Of a stretch of 64,000 nt of DNA, positions 36,416 through 46,756 are shown piece by piece (within the stretch, counting starts at the first letter, position 1; every line of letters starts with the position of its first letter). This DNA is from a virus. The notes under the pieces were generated by a model. It was not told the DNA's origin. It saw only the letters and a list, made by a program, of their open reading frames with translations, and did not search any database. The translations under genes were made by a program, and so were the position numbers. Where the stretch lies: IMG/VR virus record IMGVR_UViG_3300027863_001119, positions 69,381 to 133,380 of that record; one strand, 5' to 3'.

Positions 36416-39224
36416 TAAAATATCTCGAAATACTATGTCCATTTTGTCTTCTGTAAGAAGAACTTTACAAGAAATGTCTAATAATTCGTCTTCTACAAAC
36501 TTATCAAATTACGATAATTCTGATTTTGGTAAGATTAAATTTTCTAGCGCCTTACTAAAGAATTTTATACCAATTGGTATGGGTTTATACAAACAAGCTA
36601 CAGATGATGATGATTATGGAAAAATTTGGATAAAAAAGACTATAGTGGATGAAAAAACTGGTACAGCAGAAGATTGGTTAGTGGTTTATACTACAGAAGA
36701 AGATGAGATTATTAGACAAGTTGCTAATGAAAAATTTCAAGAAATATTTGGTTCTAAAATAACAAAGAGTGCTCATAAGCTTAAGAAAAAATCGATGGAT
36801 TTTTCTGTATATGAAAAATACCCAGAATATAGAAAATACTTTACAGAATTGTTACGTTTATTGAATTTTCCTTATTCATATAGTGAACAAACTCTTTTAG
36901 ATAAAGGAGTAGATTTTTTAATGAAAAAGTTTCCAGATTTGGATCCAGTTGAGGCTAATAAAATTTTTAATATTTGGATAGGGGAGTTTAATCCTTTTGA
37001 TGATGAATTAGTTACTGCTTCAAATATTGATCCTAAAAATATACCTATTGCTCCAGGGATTAAGTCAAAAGACTTAAAATTAAACGAAACTGGAGGTGGA
37101 GGTGGCGGTACTGTAACAATTGAGTTTACAGATCCGCAACACGCATTAGATTTTTATCAGAAGAAGGTGACTCCACAAAATGGGCAAGAAGAAGCTCCAA
37201 AGGAGGAGGGGGGAGCTCCACCTTCTCAATTAGAACCAACTCAACAAACGCCTCCTCCTTTTTTACAGCAACAAGTGCAAAAACCACAAGTTCAACAACA
37301 AAAGGCTTCTAAAAAATTATCTAGTGATAATGATGTTGCAGAAGATATGTATGGACAACTATTGTTTGAAGGGGATAGAGTAAAAGATTCTTACGGAAGA
37401 ATAGGAATTATTACAAAAATAGTTGATAGAGATGTGGTTTATGTTAAGTGGGGGGAATCTGCAGAAGAACAACAAATGGATACTAAACCTCTTCCGATAT
37501 CTACATCTTCTTTAGTTAAGTGGTCTAATTTAAAGCCAACTGTATTTGAATTTACAGATGGAGTTAAAGGGATTAAGGTATATAAACATACTTCTTCTAA
37601 TGTCAATATTCCAAGAGGAGATACATGGAAAATAGCTTTGAGTAATTTATCTTCTAACACTCCATCTTTTATAGATGGGTATTTTATTAATGAGGATGGA
37701 GCAAAGGTGTCAATTCGCTTAAGTAGCAAGATTAAAGTCGGAGAAATGCTCGAGAGGCCAGATACTCACGATTTAGTAAGATTTGCAGGATGGATTGATA
37801 AAATATCAGACAAAAATAAAAGTAATACTTTAGATGAATTTACAAATGAATTATCGAAAAAGCAAAGAAGAAATAAATCAAAGGCAGGAGCCGATATGGC
37901 GCTTTATTTAGACGATGAGCAATACAAAAGAGGAATGGATGTTAGAGATGATGAAAAGTTGAACAGTCTTGCAGAAGTTTTTGCGAGTAGTATAGGTTCT
38001 GACAATTATTATGATGTAGATAATGAGTTTAAAGTATTTGTAGACTCTTTTGAATTAAGTCCAGAAGAAGCAAGTTATATAGCTGGTTATTTAGAATCTG
38101 TATATAATCTTTATCAAATAAAAGATGTTTTTTTATCAAAATTTTCAAGCGCAAATTCTTCATTAGATATACATATTGATGCAGACGAAGAATTAATAGA
38201 CAATTTTTTAGAAAAAGTCTTAGAAGAATTTAAAGAGACACCAGATGAAACAGATCGTCTTGAAGGAGGACTTGCAGATGATATTCCAGACGAAGCTTTT
38301 GATGAAGACAGTTTAGAAGAAGGTATTGAAGTGGAAAAAGAACATACAGATGATGAAGAAATTGCAAAAGAAATTGCAAAAGATCATTTGATAGAAGATG
38401 AAGATTATTATGATAAACTTAAGAAAATGGAAGAAGATGATTCAAAAGAAGATGATTCAAAAGAAGATGATTTAGACAAAAAATCTTCAATAGTTTTAAA
38501 GAAAAACAAGTGGTATGTAGTTAGTGAAAAAGGGAAGAATTTAGGAGGTCCTTATGATACAAAAGAAGAGGCAAGTAAACGACTAAAACAAGTAGAATAT
38601 TTTAAACATAAAAAGGAAAAGAAATCTTCTATGAATAAAGAATCAGATCATTATTTAGATCCTAACTTTGGTTTATGGGTTGCAAGTTTTAGTAGATATT
38701 TGCCCGATAATCTTTTAAAGCAGTATAGAAAAATTTTATCTGAGTTTTTACCAGAGAACAAAGAATATATAAAAATTGTAAGAGATGTAGGTAAGTTAGA
38801 TCTTTATACTAAGAAAAAACTAGAAGAAAAGTTATATGATTTGATAGAAGGGGATGAAAGATTGAAAGATTTATTAAAAGTTGCAGGAGATGTAGCAGAT
38901 AGTGTTTCTCCAATGTCTTGGGTAAAAAATAGAAATTCGGATCAAACAAAAGTTCCATCTGCATTACCGCCGAATCCTCCCAATCCTAACTTAGAGAATG
39001 CTATAGATGATGTTATTTATGATAGTGAGAAAGCGAAAGATGAGAAAGGAATATTTCAAATTGTTACAAATCCTGATGAAAAAGAAGTAGTTGTAAAATT
39101 TATAGATGAAGGAGATAAATTAGATAATTTTTTAAAGCAGAAGAACAAACAAAATCCTTTACAGAGTGATTTTCAATCTCAAAATAAGTCATTTGAAGAC
39201 TTAAATAGTCCAGTTCAGTTTTAA
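36381..39224 (+). CDS. Large mosaic virion (probable internal head) protein with a DUF5661-like module
   Basis: Modules separated by low-complexity linkers: GGLAD...GIEVEKEHTDD..IAKEIAKDHL.ED.DYY and KWYVVSEKGKNLGGPYDTKEEA.KRLKQVEYFKH. Confidence 0.7.
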   Translation: MITRRPPIQNANKISRNTMSILSSVRRTLQEMSNNSSSTNLSNYDNSDFGKIKFSSALLKNFIPIGMGLYKQATDDDDYGKIWIKKTIVDEKTGTAEDWLVVYTTEEDEIIRQVANEKFQEIFGSKITKSAHKLKKKSMDFSVYEKYPEYRKYFTELLRLLNFPYSYSEQTLLDKGVDFLMKKFPDLDPVEANKIFNIWIGEFNPFDDELVTASNIDPKNIPIAPGIKSKDLKLNETGGGGGGTVTIEFTDPQHALDFYQKKVTPQNGQEEAPKEEGGAPPSQLEPTQQTPPPFLQQQVQKPQVQQQKASKKLSSDNDVAEDMYGQLLFEGDRVKDSYGRIGIITKIVDRDVVYVKWGESAEEQQMDTKPLPISTSSLVKWSNLKPTVFEFTDGVKGIKVYKHTSSNVNIPRGDTWKIALSNLSSNTPSFIDGYFINEDGAKVSIRLSSKIKVGEMLERPDTHDLVRFAGWIDKISDKNKSNTLDEFTNELSKKQRRNKSKAGADMALYLDDEQYKRGMDVRDDEKLNSLAEVFASSIGSDNYYDVDNEFKVFVDSFELSPEEASYIAGYLESVYNLYQIKDVFLSKFSSANSSLDIHIDADEELIDNFLEKVLEEFKETPDETDRLEGGLADDIPDEAFDEDSLEEGIEVEKEHTDDEEIAKEIAKDHLIEDEDYYDKLKKMEEDDSKEDDSKEDDLDKKSSIVLKKNKWYVVSEKGKNLGGPYDTKEEASKRLKQVEYFKHKKEKKSSMNKESDHYLDPNFGLWVASFSRYLPDNLLKQYRKILSEFLPENKEYIKIVRDVGKLDLYTKKKLEEKLYDLIEGDERLKDLLKVAGDVADSVSPMSWVKNRNSDQTKVPSALPPNPPNPNLENAIDDVIYDSEKAKDEKGIFQIVTNPDEKEVVVKFIDEGDKLDNFLKQKNKQNPLQSDFQSQNKSFEDLNSPVQF

Positions 39225-39242
39225 ACAGAAAGAAAAACTATA

Positions 39243-39467
39243 ATGAATGAGTTTAATAAATACTATAATTATTTAGATAGAGTATTAGTAAAATCAAAAT
39301 TTAAAATTGATATTTTTAAGAAAGGTGCAGATATTTTATTGAGGAAGTTTCCCGAAATTGTTTTTAGAAGAGACGCTTCTAAAATATTGATTAATTGGAT
39401 TGTAGATACGGATCCTTATAATAGATTACAAGAAACTCAGTTACAATTAGATTTAGAGTTTTTTTAG
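39243..39467 (+). CDS. Small protein paralogous to an internal module of the 36381 protein
   Basis: KGADILLRKFPEI...ASKILINWIVDTDPY vs KGVDFLMKKFPDL...ANKIFNIWIGEFNPF. Confidence 0.7.
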   Translation: MNEFNKYYNYLDRVLVKSKFKIDIFKKGADILLRKFPEIVFRRDASKILINWIVDTDPYNRLQETQLQLDLEFF

Positions 39468-39501
39468 TTTAGATGAATTTTGTTTTAATAACAAATAACA
39501 C

Positions 39502-41013
39502 TTGTTTATGAATCAACCAGTTCAACAAAACTTAAGTCCTAAAGTATTTCAACAAGGAGAGTTTGTGGTTAATCCTGCTGACGGGAAAGAGTATCAAGTG
39601 TATCAACACGTTCCTGGAAAAGGGGTTACTTTAATTGATCCTGCAACTCAACAACAAGTAATGGTAAGTGAACAAAATAGTGTTAATCTTAAACCTTCTA
39701 TAAAAACTTCATCTCATTTTTCTGTAGAGAAGATTGCAGAAGAAATATTAGAAAAATTACTTAACGAAAAATTGCCAAAAGTGAGTCTTTCATTTAGAGA
39801 AGTAAATAAAGAGGTAAAAAATATGAGAAAAGACTGGAATACAAAAAGAAGTTGGTTAAATATGAGAAAGCAGTTGAAAACATTTTCTCAAATGAGTGAG
39901 GATGAAATTGCAACAATTCCTACTTATCTTAAAGAGTCGCGACAAGATAGAGCAATAAAAGAATTAGGATTTAATAAAGAGGCGGAGTATTCTCCATATA
40001 AAGGAGATCTTATTAAAGAAGTAGGAAGAGATAGAAAAACTGGAATACCAATGAGGGGAGGAGATGATATTGAAGTAGGATTAACAGAGTTTCCTAAGGA
40101 TGTAGACAAGTCTAAAAATCCGAAAGGATACGGAGAGTTAACAATGGAAGAAATGGACAGAAAGTTTGAAGAAGAACGACCTCATTTTAAGAACGAACAA
40201 TATTTACCAGATTATACAAAGAAGAGAGAAGAATCTACTACTTATTTATCAAGATCAGAAAAGAATAAGAAGATAAAGGATTTAAGGAAAGATTTTCCAG
40301 AACAAAGGTATGCATCTTCAATCGAGATTGCTCTAGATCAAATTATTGGAGGTTTTAGTAAATCTGCGCAAGATAGTGACATAGAAGAATTACCTATACA
40401 ATATAAAGAAGTTAAAAAAGCTCCAAAATTAGAAGAGTATGTAGAACCAGAAGTATTAAAAGAAGCAGATCCTAATGTAAAAACAGCTATTGACTTATTT
40501 AAAGATACTCAGAGTAAAATTGAGCAAATACAACAAGAGATAAAAAAGAAAACAGAACCTTTACAACAAGCTATTATAGACGCTACGAAAGAATTAAATG
40601 AAGAACTTGTTAAAAATGTTTCTTTGTTAAAATCTTGTTTGGATATGATTTATCAAGAATTAAAGAAAACTCAAGATAAAGTCGCTGTTTTAGAGGATGA
40701 TGTATATGCTCTTGTAGAAAGAGAAAAAGCAGTTGCCCCATCCGCAACGTTAGCACAAATTTTGAAAAAAGCTCAAGAGATTAATCCTAAAATTGTAGAA
40801 GAAATTAATAAAATAAAGGCTCTTATAGAAGGAGAAAATACTAAGTTAGTGTTAGAAAGATTTTTATATAAGTATCCAGTTTCAGAAGTACAAAAGAAAA
40901 AAATTTCTACCTCTGCTGATGATAGTGTATATGAAGATAAAATGCTTTTTGATATTTTGAAAGAGACTATAGACATTGTAGAGAAATTAAAAGATATTAA
41001 TTCTAAGATTTAA
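39502..41013 (+). CDS. Hypothetical virion-associated protein, coiled-coil C-terminus
   Basis: Long ORF in the head module. Confidence 0.7.
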   Translation: MFMNQPVQQNLSPKVFQQGEFVVNPADGKEYQVYQHVPGKGVTLIDPATQQQVMVSEQNSVNLKPSIKTSSHFSVEKIAEEILEKLLNEKLPKVSLSFREVNKEVKNMRKDWNTKRSWLNMRKQLKTFSQMSEDEIATIPTYLKESRQDRAIKELGFNKEAEYSPYKGDLIKEVGRDRKTGIPMRGGDDIEVGLTEFPKDVDKSKNPKGYGELTMEEMDRKFEEERPHFKNEQYLPDYTKKREESTTYLSRSEKNKKIKDLRKDFPEQRYASSIEIALDQIIGGFSKSAQDSDIEELPIQYKEVKKAPKLEEYVEPEVLKEADPNVKTAIDLFKDTQSKIEQIQQEIKKKTEPLQQAIIDATKELNEELVKNVSLLKSCLDMIYQELKKTQDKVAVLEDDVYALVEREKAVAPSATLAQILKKAQEINPKIVEEINKIKALIEGENTKLVLERFLYKYPVSEVQKKKISTSADDSVYEDKMLFDILKETIDIVEKLKDINSKI

Positions 41014-41036
41014 ATAAAAAAAATGGGGTTTAAGAG

Positions 41037-42587
41037 ATGACAAGAATAATTCCAACGATTAATAGCAATGTAAAAAAAGAACTTCCTGAATGGGTTGATA
41101 TCAAGGAAGTAATAGAAGTTAGTAATAAAGAAAAACAGATTGTTGACAAAATGGTAAAAACTTCTTCTACGGAAGTAGTTACTACAAAATTATTTTGTAC
41201 AGATTGTAATAAGGTAATTTCTTTAGGAAATCAAAAACTTCAAAAACAGAAAAATTTAGCAAGTAAAGCTAATAAAGAATTTATACCTACTTGTCCAGAT
41301 TGTGGTACAGAATTAGTTTCATATGATAAAGTCTTGAAAGTTCCTTCTAAAACAAGTACTAGAGAAATTTTGCAAACTAAAAATGTAGATCTTCTTAGAA
41401 AAGATGCAAATGCTAAAGGTACTTATAATACATTTCTTGACAGAAGAGTAGTATATAATGTTTCCGAAAAATTAGCTGATTTTGCGAAAAATAAAGGAAT
41501 GACTCAGTGTATTGCAAGATATAAAAGAGGAGAATATTCCAAAGAAGCAGGGAATGATTTATCTACTTTGAACAACTTAGAATTTGAGTTAGAGTGGAAA
41601 TATGGAAAAGGATTGAAAGCAAGAGCTACTGCAATAGTTGGAATTACTCCAGAAGGCAAGATAATTTATCCAAAAGTATTTAAAGTTTCGTCTGGAGTAG
41701 AGTATCCTTTTGAAGAAACTTATGTTAAAAAACTTGAAAAGGAACCTTATTTATTTGAAAGACAACCTTCTTTAAAGAAGTCGGATATTGGAGAAGTAAG
41801 ACCTAAAGACCCATCTCGCTTTAGAGTTGGTAGTCTTAATTCTGAAGAAACTCAAATTTTTAAGTTTTCTGGGGATTATACAAAATTAATGCTTTCGAAA
41901 GGTCAAATCTCTCCTGAGGTAGTACAACAATTAAAATCTATAGATCCATCTTCTACTAAGAAGTATTTGGATTGGATGGTTAAGATGTACATAAAAAATC
42001 CTAATTTAGATTTAGAAGAATTACGTAATTATATAGAAGAATTTTTCATAATTTCTAATAGAAATATTTCCGAGGTTAAGGATATTAATAGATTTGAGTC
42101 ATATGATGATTTTAAGAATTACATGGAAGAACAAAGGAATCGTAAGTTTGTTACTGTAAAAGAATTAGAAAATGATTATGATGTTATTGCAGATAATGAC
42201 AAAGTACTTATAGTTGTTCCTTATACACATGAAGCATCTAGAAAGTTAGGATTTAGATACTTTGTAAATCCTAAACGAGGGGAGTGTTCTTGGTGTACTA
42301 CTCATGGCAACTCCGGTTTTTGGAATAATTATAGAGTGCGTTTAAGAAATACTTTATACTATGTTCATATTAAAGATCCTAAAGTTTTAGATCAATTAAA
42401 ACAACTCCTAATTGAAAAAAATCTTTTTAGATCTTCTAAGGGTACACGTGGACTAAGATATGACCTATCAAATTTTGCAGTTGTTGTAGACCCTCGAGGG
42501 GAGACTCAAATATACGATAACTCAGACAGTTTATTAGATGATCAGGCGAAAAACATTGTTATTGATTTTGTTCATAGTTTAATATAA
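41037..42587 (+). CDS. Multi-domain hypothetical protein with a Zn ribbon and a C-terminal WCT-motif domain
   Basis: CTDC...CPDCG; DPSSTKKYLDW; SWCT. Coupled to terminase (TAATG). Confidence 0.7.
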   Translation: MTRIIPTINSNVKKELPEWVDIKEVIEVSNKEKQIVDKMVKTSSTEVVTTKLFCTDCNKVISLGNQKLQKQKNLASKANKEFIPTCPDCGTELVSYDKVLKVPSKTSTREILQTKNVDLLRKDANAKGTYNTFLDRRVVYNVSEKLADFAKNKGMTQCIARYKRGEYSKEAGNDLSTLNNLEFELEWKYGKGLKARATAIVGITPEGKIIYPKVFKVSSGVEYPFEETYVKKLEKEPYLFERQPSLKKSDIGEVRPKDPSRFRVGSLNSEETQIFKFSGDYTKLMLSKGQISPEVVQQLKSIDPSSTKKYLDWMVKMYIKNPNLDLEELRNYIEEFFIISNRNISEVKDINRFESYDDFKNYMEEQRNRKFVTVKELENDYDVIADNDKVLIVVPYTHEASRKLGFRYFVNPKRGECSWCTTHGNSGFWNNYRVRLRNTLYYVHIKDPKVLDQLKQLLIEKNLFRSSKGTRGLRYDLSNFAVVVDPRGETQIYDNSDSLLDDQAKNIVIDFVHSLI

Positions 42588-44458
42588 TGAGTGAATTATT
42601 GTTTCAAACATATTCTAATGAAATTATTACTAAAGTTGTAAAAGATTATGTTCCTAAAAAACAAGTAGATGCTCTAACTTTTCTTACTTCTTCAGAGTAC
42701 CAAAACGAAGATCTAATTCCCGTACAAAGAGTAATTATTAAGACTTTTTATAATTTATGGGAAATTTACCCCCCCGATAAAGAAGAACAAAAAATTTTAG
42801 ATATTTTAAAAAATGAGTGGAGAATAAATATAGATTTACATCGAAAAACACCTATAAAGTTTTTAGTTTTAGTTTTAGGAAGAAGATCTACAAAATCTAC
42901 TACAATTTCTTTTATTGCAACTTATGAAGCATATAGTTTGATTTGCAAAGGGAATCCTCAAGAGTATTATGGTATTAGAGATAGACACACAATAACTATA
43001 ATGCACGTTGCCGCCGCAGGATCCCAAGCAGAAGATGTTTTTGCTTTGACTAAGAATAATATAAGAAAGAATTCATTTTTTGAACCATATATAGATTTTG
43101 ATAAAGATAGTACTACAGAATTAAGATTATTTACTCCTTATGATTTGAGGCTTAATGATGAAATAAAATATAAGAATAGTTTAATAAAGAGAGGATCTGG
43201 AATACAAAGAGCGTCCTTATTACCGGGTAGTATTATGATCGAGTCTGTTACTACGTCTGCTGCTACTCATAGAGGTAAATCAATAAAAACTTTAATGTTA
43301 TCAGAGTTCGCACATTTTGAAAGACCAAAATTACGTAATGTAGAAGATTCTATTTTATTTGAGAATCCTAAGACAGATTATGCTATATGGAAGGCTTTTG
43401 TACCCTCTACCAAAGATTTTAAAGAAGATGGTAAAGTGTTAATAGAATCTTCTCCCAGAGACAAAGGAGGGGAGTTTTATAATCAATATTGTATTGCGGG
43501 AGGGATGGAACAAGAGAATTTTGAAAGTGTCATTCCTGATCCTTCTTATGCACTTATTCAACTATCAACATGGCAAGCTCGTTTTGAAACATTTACTTTT
43601 AGTGATTTTGTAGATGACTTTAGAAAAGACCCTATAGGAGCTCAAATGGAATACGGGGCACACTTTGGAAATCCTGCAGGGTCTAGTATTCAAGAACAAT
43701 GGATAGAAAATGCAATTCAAAAGTCTATAACTATCGTACGTAGTAATCCTAAAAGACTAAAATATGTAATATCTGTAGACCCTGGTGGTAAGTCTAAACA
43801 AAAAACATCTGATACTTATGCAATTGCATGGGGACATGTTGAAGGAGTTTTAAACGAAGATGTGACAGAAGAAAAGAACTTGATATATTATATTGATGGG
43901 TTAAAAGGATTTGATTCTACGACAAGATATGAAGGAGGTCAATATATTAGGCATTCTGTTGATCCTAATGATGTAATAAATTTTATTTTAAATTTAGTAG
44001 ATGATTTAGGAGGGAAAAATTTTATACATGAAATTGTTTATGACCAATTTGATTCTACTTCTCCGGTTGCAATTTTACAAAGCTTAGGACTTCCTGCTAT
44101 TGAAACTACTTTTACTGCTGGTTACAAAGCAGATATGTATGGAGATTTTTTAGAAAAACTAGCATTAGGACAGGTTAGGATTTATGGTATTGATGAAGAG
44201 GGGTGGGTAGAGAGATGGAAGTTGGAACTCAAGTATTTACAACGAGTTATTCAAGGAAACAAAACATTTTACCATCATCCTTCTACAGGACCTGTTCAGC
44301 ATGATGATTTTGCAGATGTTACTGCTAATTTAGTTCATAGATTATGTCTTATTTCTACTCCTACTCACGAGAGTATTCGCCAATTAAGACATTATGGAGT
44401 AAGACCGTTTCAATTAAAAAAATTACCTAAACCTTTAATGGCGAAGAGAATTCATTAG
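42587..44458 (+). CDS. terL: Terminase large subunit
   Basis: VLGRRSTKST Walker A, RG...LSEFAHF Walker B region, SSP coupling motif, ISVDPG, YDQF, HDDFAD nuclease motifs. Confidence 0.88.
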   Translation: MSELLFQTYSNEIITKVVKDYVPKKQVDALTFLTSSEYQNEDLIPVQRVIIKTFYNLWEIYPPDKEEQKILDILKNEWRINIDLHRKTPIKFLVLVLGRRSTKSTTISFIATYEAYSLICKGNPQEYYGIRDRHTITIMHVAAAGSQAEDVFALTKNNIRKNSFFEPYIDFDKDSTTELRLFTPYDLRLNDEIKYKNSLIKRGSGIQRASLLPGSIMIESVTTSAATHRGKSIKTLMLSEFAHFERPKLRNVEDSILFENPKTDYAIWKAFVPSTKDFKEDGKVLIESSPRDKGGEFYNQYCIAGGMEQENFESVIPDPSYALIQLSTWQARFETFTFSDFVDDFRKDPIGAQMEYGAHFGNPAGSSIQEQWIENAIQKSITIVRSNPKRLKYVISVDPGGKSKQKTSDTYAIAWGHVEGVLNEDVTEEKNLIYYIDGLKGFDSTTRYEGGQYIRHSVDPNDVINFILNLVDDLGGKNFIHEIVYDQFDSTSPVAILQSLGLPAIETTFTAGYKADMYGDFLEKLALGQVRIYGIDEEGWVERWKLELKYLQRVIQGNKTFYHHPSTGPVQHDDFADVTANLVHRLCLISTPTHESIRQLRHYGVRPFQLKKLPKPLMAKRIH

Positions 44459-44460
44459 TT

Positions 44461-44471
44461 TTGTATTATAT
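44461..44471 (+). promoter_or_regulatory. Candidate phage promoter element TTGTATTATAT (copy 4)
   Basis: Exact intergenic repeat. Confidence 0.5.
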
Positions 44472-44494
44472 ATAAAAAAAATAAGGAAAAACTT

Positions 44495-44770
44495 ATGGAA
44501 CAGGAAGAAAATTTATTAAGTGAAATTTTAAGATCTGCAGGAATAGGGTTAGCAATTTATACTTATGTGCCGTTAATTATATACCTTATTTATATTCTTT
44601 CTGAATTAAATCTTTCACTTTTTGGTATAATTTTACTTGTTTCGAACAAAGTTTTTTCAAAGTATGTTGATACTGGTAAATTTCTTTATTTAATGTTAAC
44701 TATAATATCTATACCAGTGTATATTGCATTAATAGTTCGTATTGTACGTATATTTATTTCTATTTTTTGA
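44495..44770 (+). CDS. Small multi-pass membrane protein
   Basis: Two to three hydrophobic segments. Confidence 0.65.
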   Translation: MEQEENLLSEILRSAGIGLAIYTYVPLIIYLIYILSELNLSLFGIILLVSNKVFSKYVDTGKFLYLMLTIISIPVYIALIVRIVRIFISIF

Positions 44771-44805
44771 AAAAAAAATCGAAAAGAAAGAAAGGAGAAT
44801 AACGT

Positions 44806-45099
44806 ATGTTAACCTCTCAAGATTTAGCTGCTTTAGAAAAAGCAACTGCCAATAAATTACAGGTTGTAATTAATTATACGAAGAAGACTACTGGAGAAGC
44901 AGTTACTCACGTGTGTGGCATTTATGAGATTGGGTATAATAAAGCAGGAGAACCCTGTGTATGGGGATGGGATGTAAATTCAAACGATAATATCAGGCAG
45001 TTCTTAATTTCTAATATAGATTCTATTCAGATTTTAGATGTTCCATTTTATCCTCCACATCCGTGGCCAATAAAGATAAATGGTCAAATTATTGGATAA
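44806..45099 (+). CDS. WYL/SH3-like small protein
   Basis: INYTKKTTGE...IYEI...WGWD....IRQFLISNI. Confidence 0.6.
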   Translation: MLTSQDLAALEKATANKLQVVINYTKKTTGEAVTHVCGIYEIGYNKAGEPCVWGWDVNSNDNIRQFLISNIDSIQILDVPFYPPHPWPIKINGQIIG

Positions 45100-45128
45100 A
45101 ATATCCTATATATTAATATGAGGTAATT

Positions 45129-45686
45129 ATGAAAATTGGAATTTTAAAACCAGACGGTGAAGTAATTACTTTTGAATCAGATTTTTGGGAGTTTTCTCAA
45201 AATAAGTTTAAAGATTACGATGTTGTTTTGCTTTTCTTTTCGAAAGAAAAAGACGAAAAAACTCAGAATGAATTTTCAGCTCAAAATGAGAAGACTCAAA
45301 CTATAGAGGACGAAGAGATCAAAAATGTAGAAAATGAGAAAGCGCAAAAACCTTCTAAGCAAGGTATAATTTCTCTAGAAGAAAAAGAAATAACGGAGGA
45401 TTTGTATAGTGTTGTAACTCCAGAAACTGTAGAATCTCTTCGAAATACTTATAGAGTTGTTTTTGACAATAGTTCTAATGTTAATGAAATGGAAGAATAT
45501 GTTGTATCTACAAATAGTTATCAAATTTCACGTCCTGGGAGCATTGATAACTCCGTTAGAGATTTAGTTGAAAAAGAGAGTAAGATTATTAGAGAAGGAA
45601 TGAAGATAAGAATACTTAAACCTCCTATGATAGTAGTTAAAGAAGACTCATTTTATATAACAGAAGTTTTAGGGTTATTTAAATAA
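45129..45686 (+). CDS. Hypothetical protein
   Basis: ORF with GAGG RBS. Confidence 0.7.
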   Translation: MKIGILKPDGEVITFESDFWEFSQNKFKDYDVVLLFFSKEKDEKTQNEFSAQNEKTQTIEDEEIKNVENEKAQKPSKQGIISLEEKEITEDLYSVVTPETVESLRNTYRVVFDNSSNVNEMEEYVVSTNSYQISRPGSIDNSVRDLVEKESKIIREGMKIRILKPPMIVVKEDSFYITEVLGLFK

Positions 45687-45694
45687 TTTAAATA

Positions 45695-45994
45695 ATGAAG
45701 AGAACTGCAGATTTATATAATGAAGATCTTTATACAATTGTTAGGAAAGATCTGGATGTTAGAATGGGGATCTTTCCCGAAGATCAAGACTTATCTCCAA
45801 CTCATGTAATTCTTTGGAACTCAATAATGTCAATTCCTTTTTCATTAGTTAATAAAGATAATAAGATATTGCAAGTAAGAGTTTCTTTTAAAGATGTACG
45901 TAAAAATTTGATTAACTTAGGTGGAGGTGCATATGGATTAGAGTATATACCTAATTTTTGCATATTAAAAGAGGTAACGTATGCAGAAGACTAA
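45695..45994 (+). CDS. Hypothetical protein
   Basis: ORF in operon. Confidence 0.65.
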   Translation: MKRTADLYNEDLYTIVRKDLDVRMGIFPEDQDLSPTHVILWNSIMSIPFSLVNKDNKILQVRVSFKDVRKNLINLGGGAYGLEYIPNFCILKEVTYAED

Positions 45995-46754
45995 TATTGT
46001 ACTTATAACAATTTGCTCATTGTTGTTAGTGAGTTTTATAATATTTTATAATAAGTATCAAAAAGTTACTAAAGAGTTGAGCTCTTTTTCTTTAATCATG
46101 TCTCAAAATACTCAATATTATAGTAATATTTTGTCTCAAAAAGAAGATTCTATACAAGTACTTATTGGACAAGTTAAAAATCTTAATTTAAAAACTCAAA
46201 GTATTGAGGGTAAATATTTGACCCAAGCTTTTTATTTGAAATTGTTGTTTGATAGTTTACATGCAAGTCAATACACAACTCCAATTAAAGACAGTACATA
46301 TATAGAAGTACCTTTTTCTGGTAAACAATCTATTGTAAAATATAGTGGATTTACTCGTTATTTTTTTGATACTGATAAGAGTATGTATCAAATATCTTTT
46401 GTATTTGATCCTATTTTTGTTAAATCTGAGTTGTATAGAGATAAAGATAATATGTGGAAAATTTTTACAAAATCACTTACTCCCGGAGTAAAAATAAATG
46501 TTGATTATTCTATTGATTCTGCTTTTTATGTTCAAAATCAACTTTCTGAAGTTCTTGTAAAGGAGCCAATCTTGAAGTTAAGAGCATATGTACAAACTTT
46601 ATCGAGCTTTAATAACTACAACTCTCAATTTTCTTTAGGAATGGAGGGGTATTATAGAAATTTTTATTTAGGATATGATTTTGTTCAAAGAAATGTTTAT
46701 GCTGGAATTTATTATGACTTTAATATTTTATATCAATATAAAAAAGAGAGGTAA
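45981..46754 (+). CDS. Membrane-anchored coiled-coil protein with beta-rich C-terminus (spanin-like candidate)
   Basis: N-terminal TM helix, coiled coil, amphipathic aromatic beta strands at the C-terminus. Confidence 0.5.
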   Translation: MQKTNIVLITICSLLLVSFIIFYNKYQKVTKELSSFSLIMSQNTQYYSNILSQKEDSIQVLIGQVKNLNLKTQSIEGKYLTQAFYLKLLFDSLHASQYTTPIKDSTYIEVPFSGKQSIVKYSGFTRYFFDTDKSMYQISFVFDPIFVKSELYRDKDNMWKIFTKSLTPGVKINVDYSIDSAFYVQNQLSEVLVKEPILKLRAYVQTLSSFNNYNSQFSLGMEGYYRNFYLGYDFVQRNVYAGIYYDFNILYQYKKER

Positions 46755-46756
46755 TT

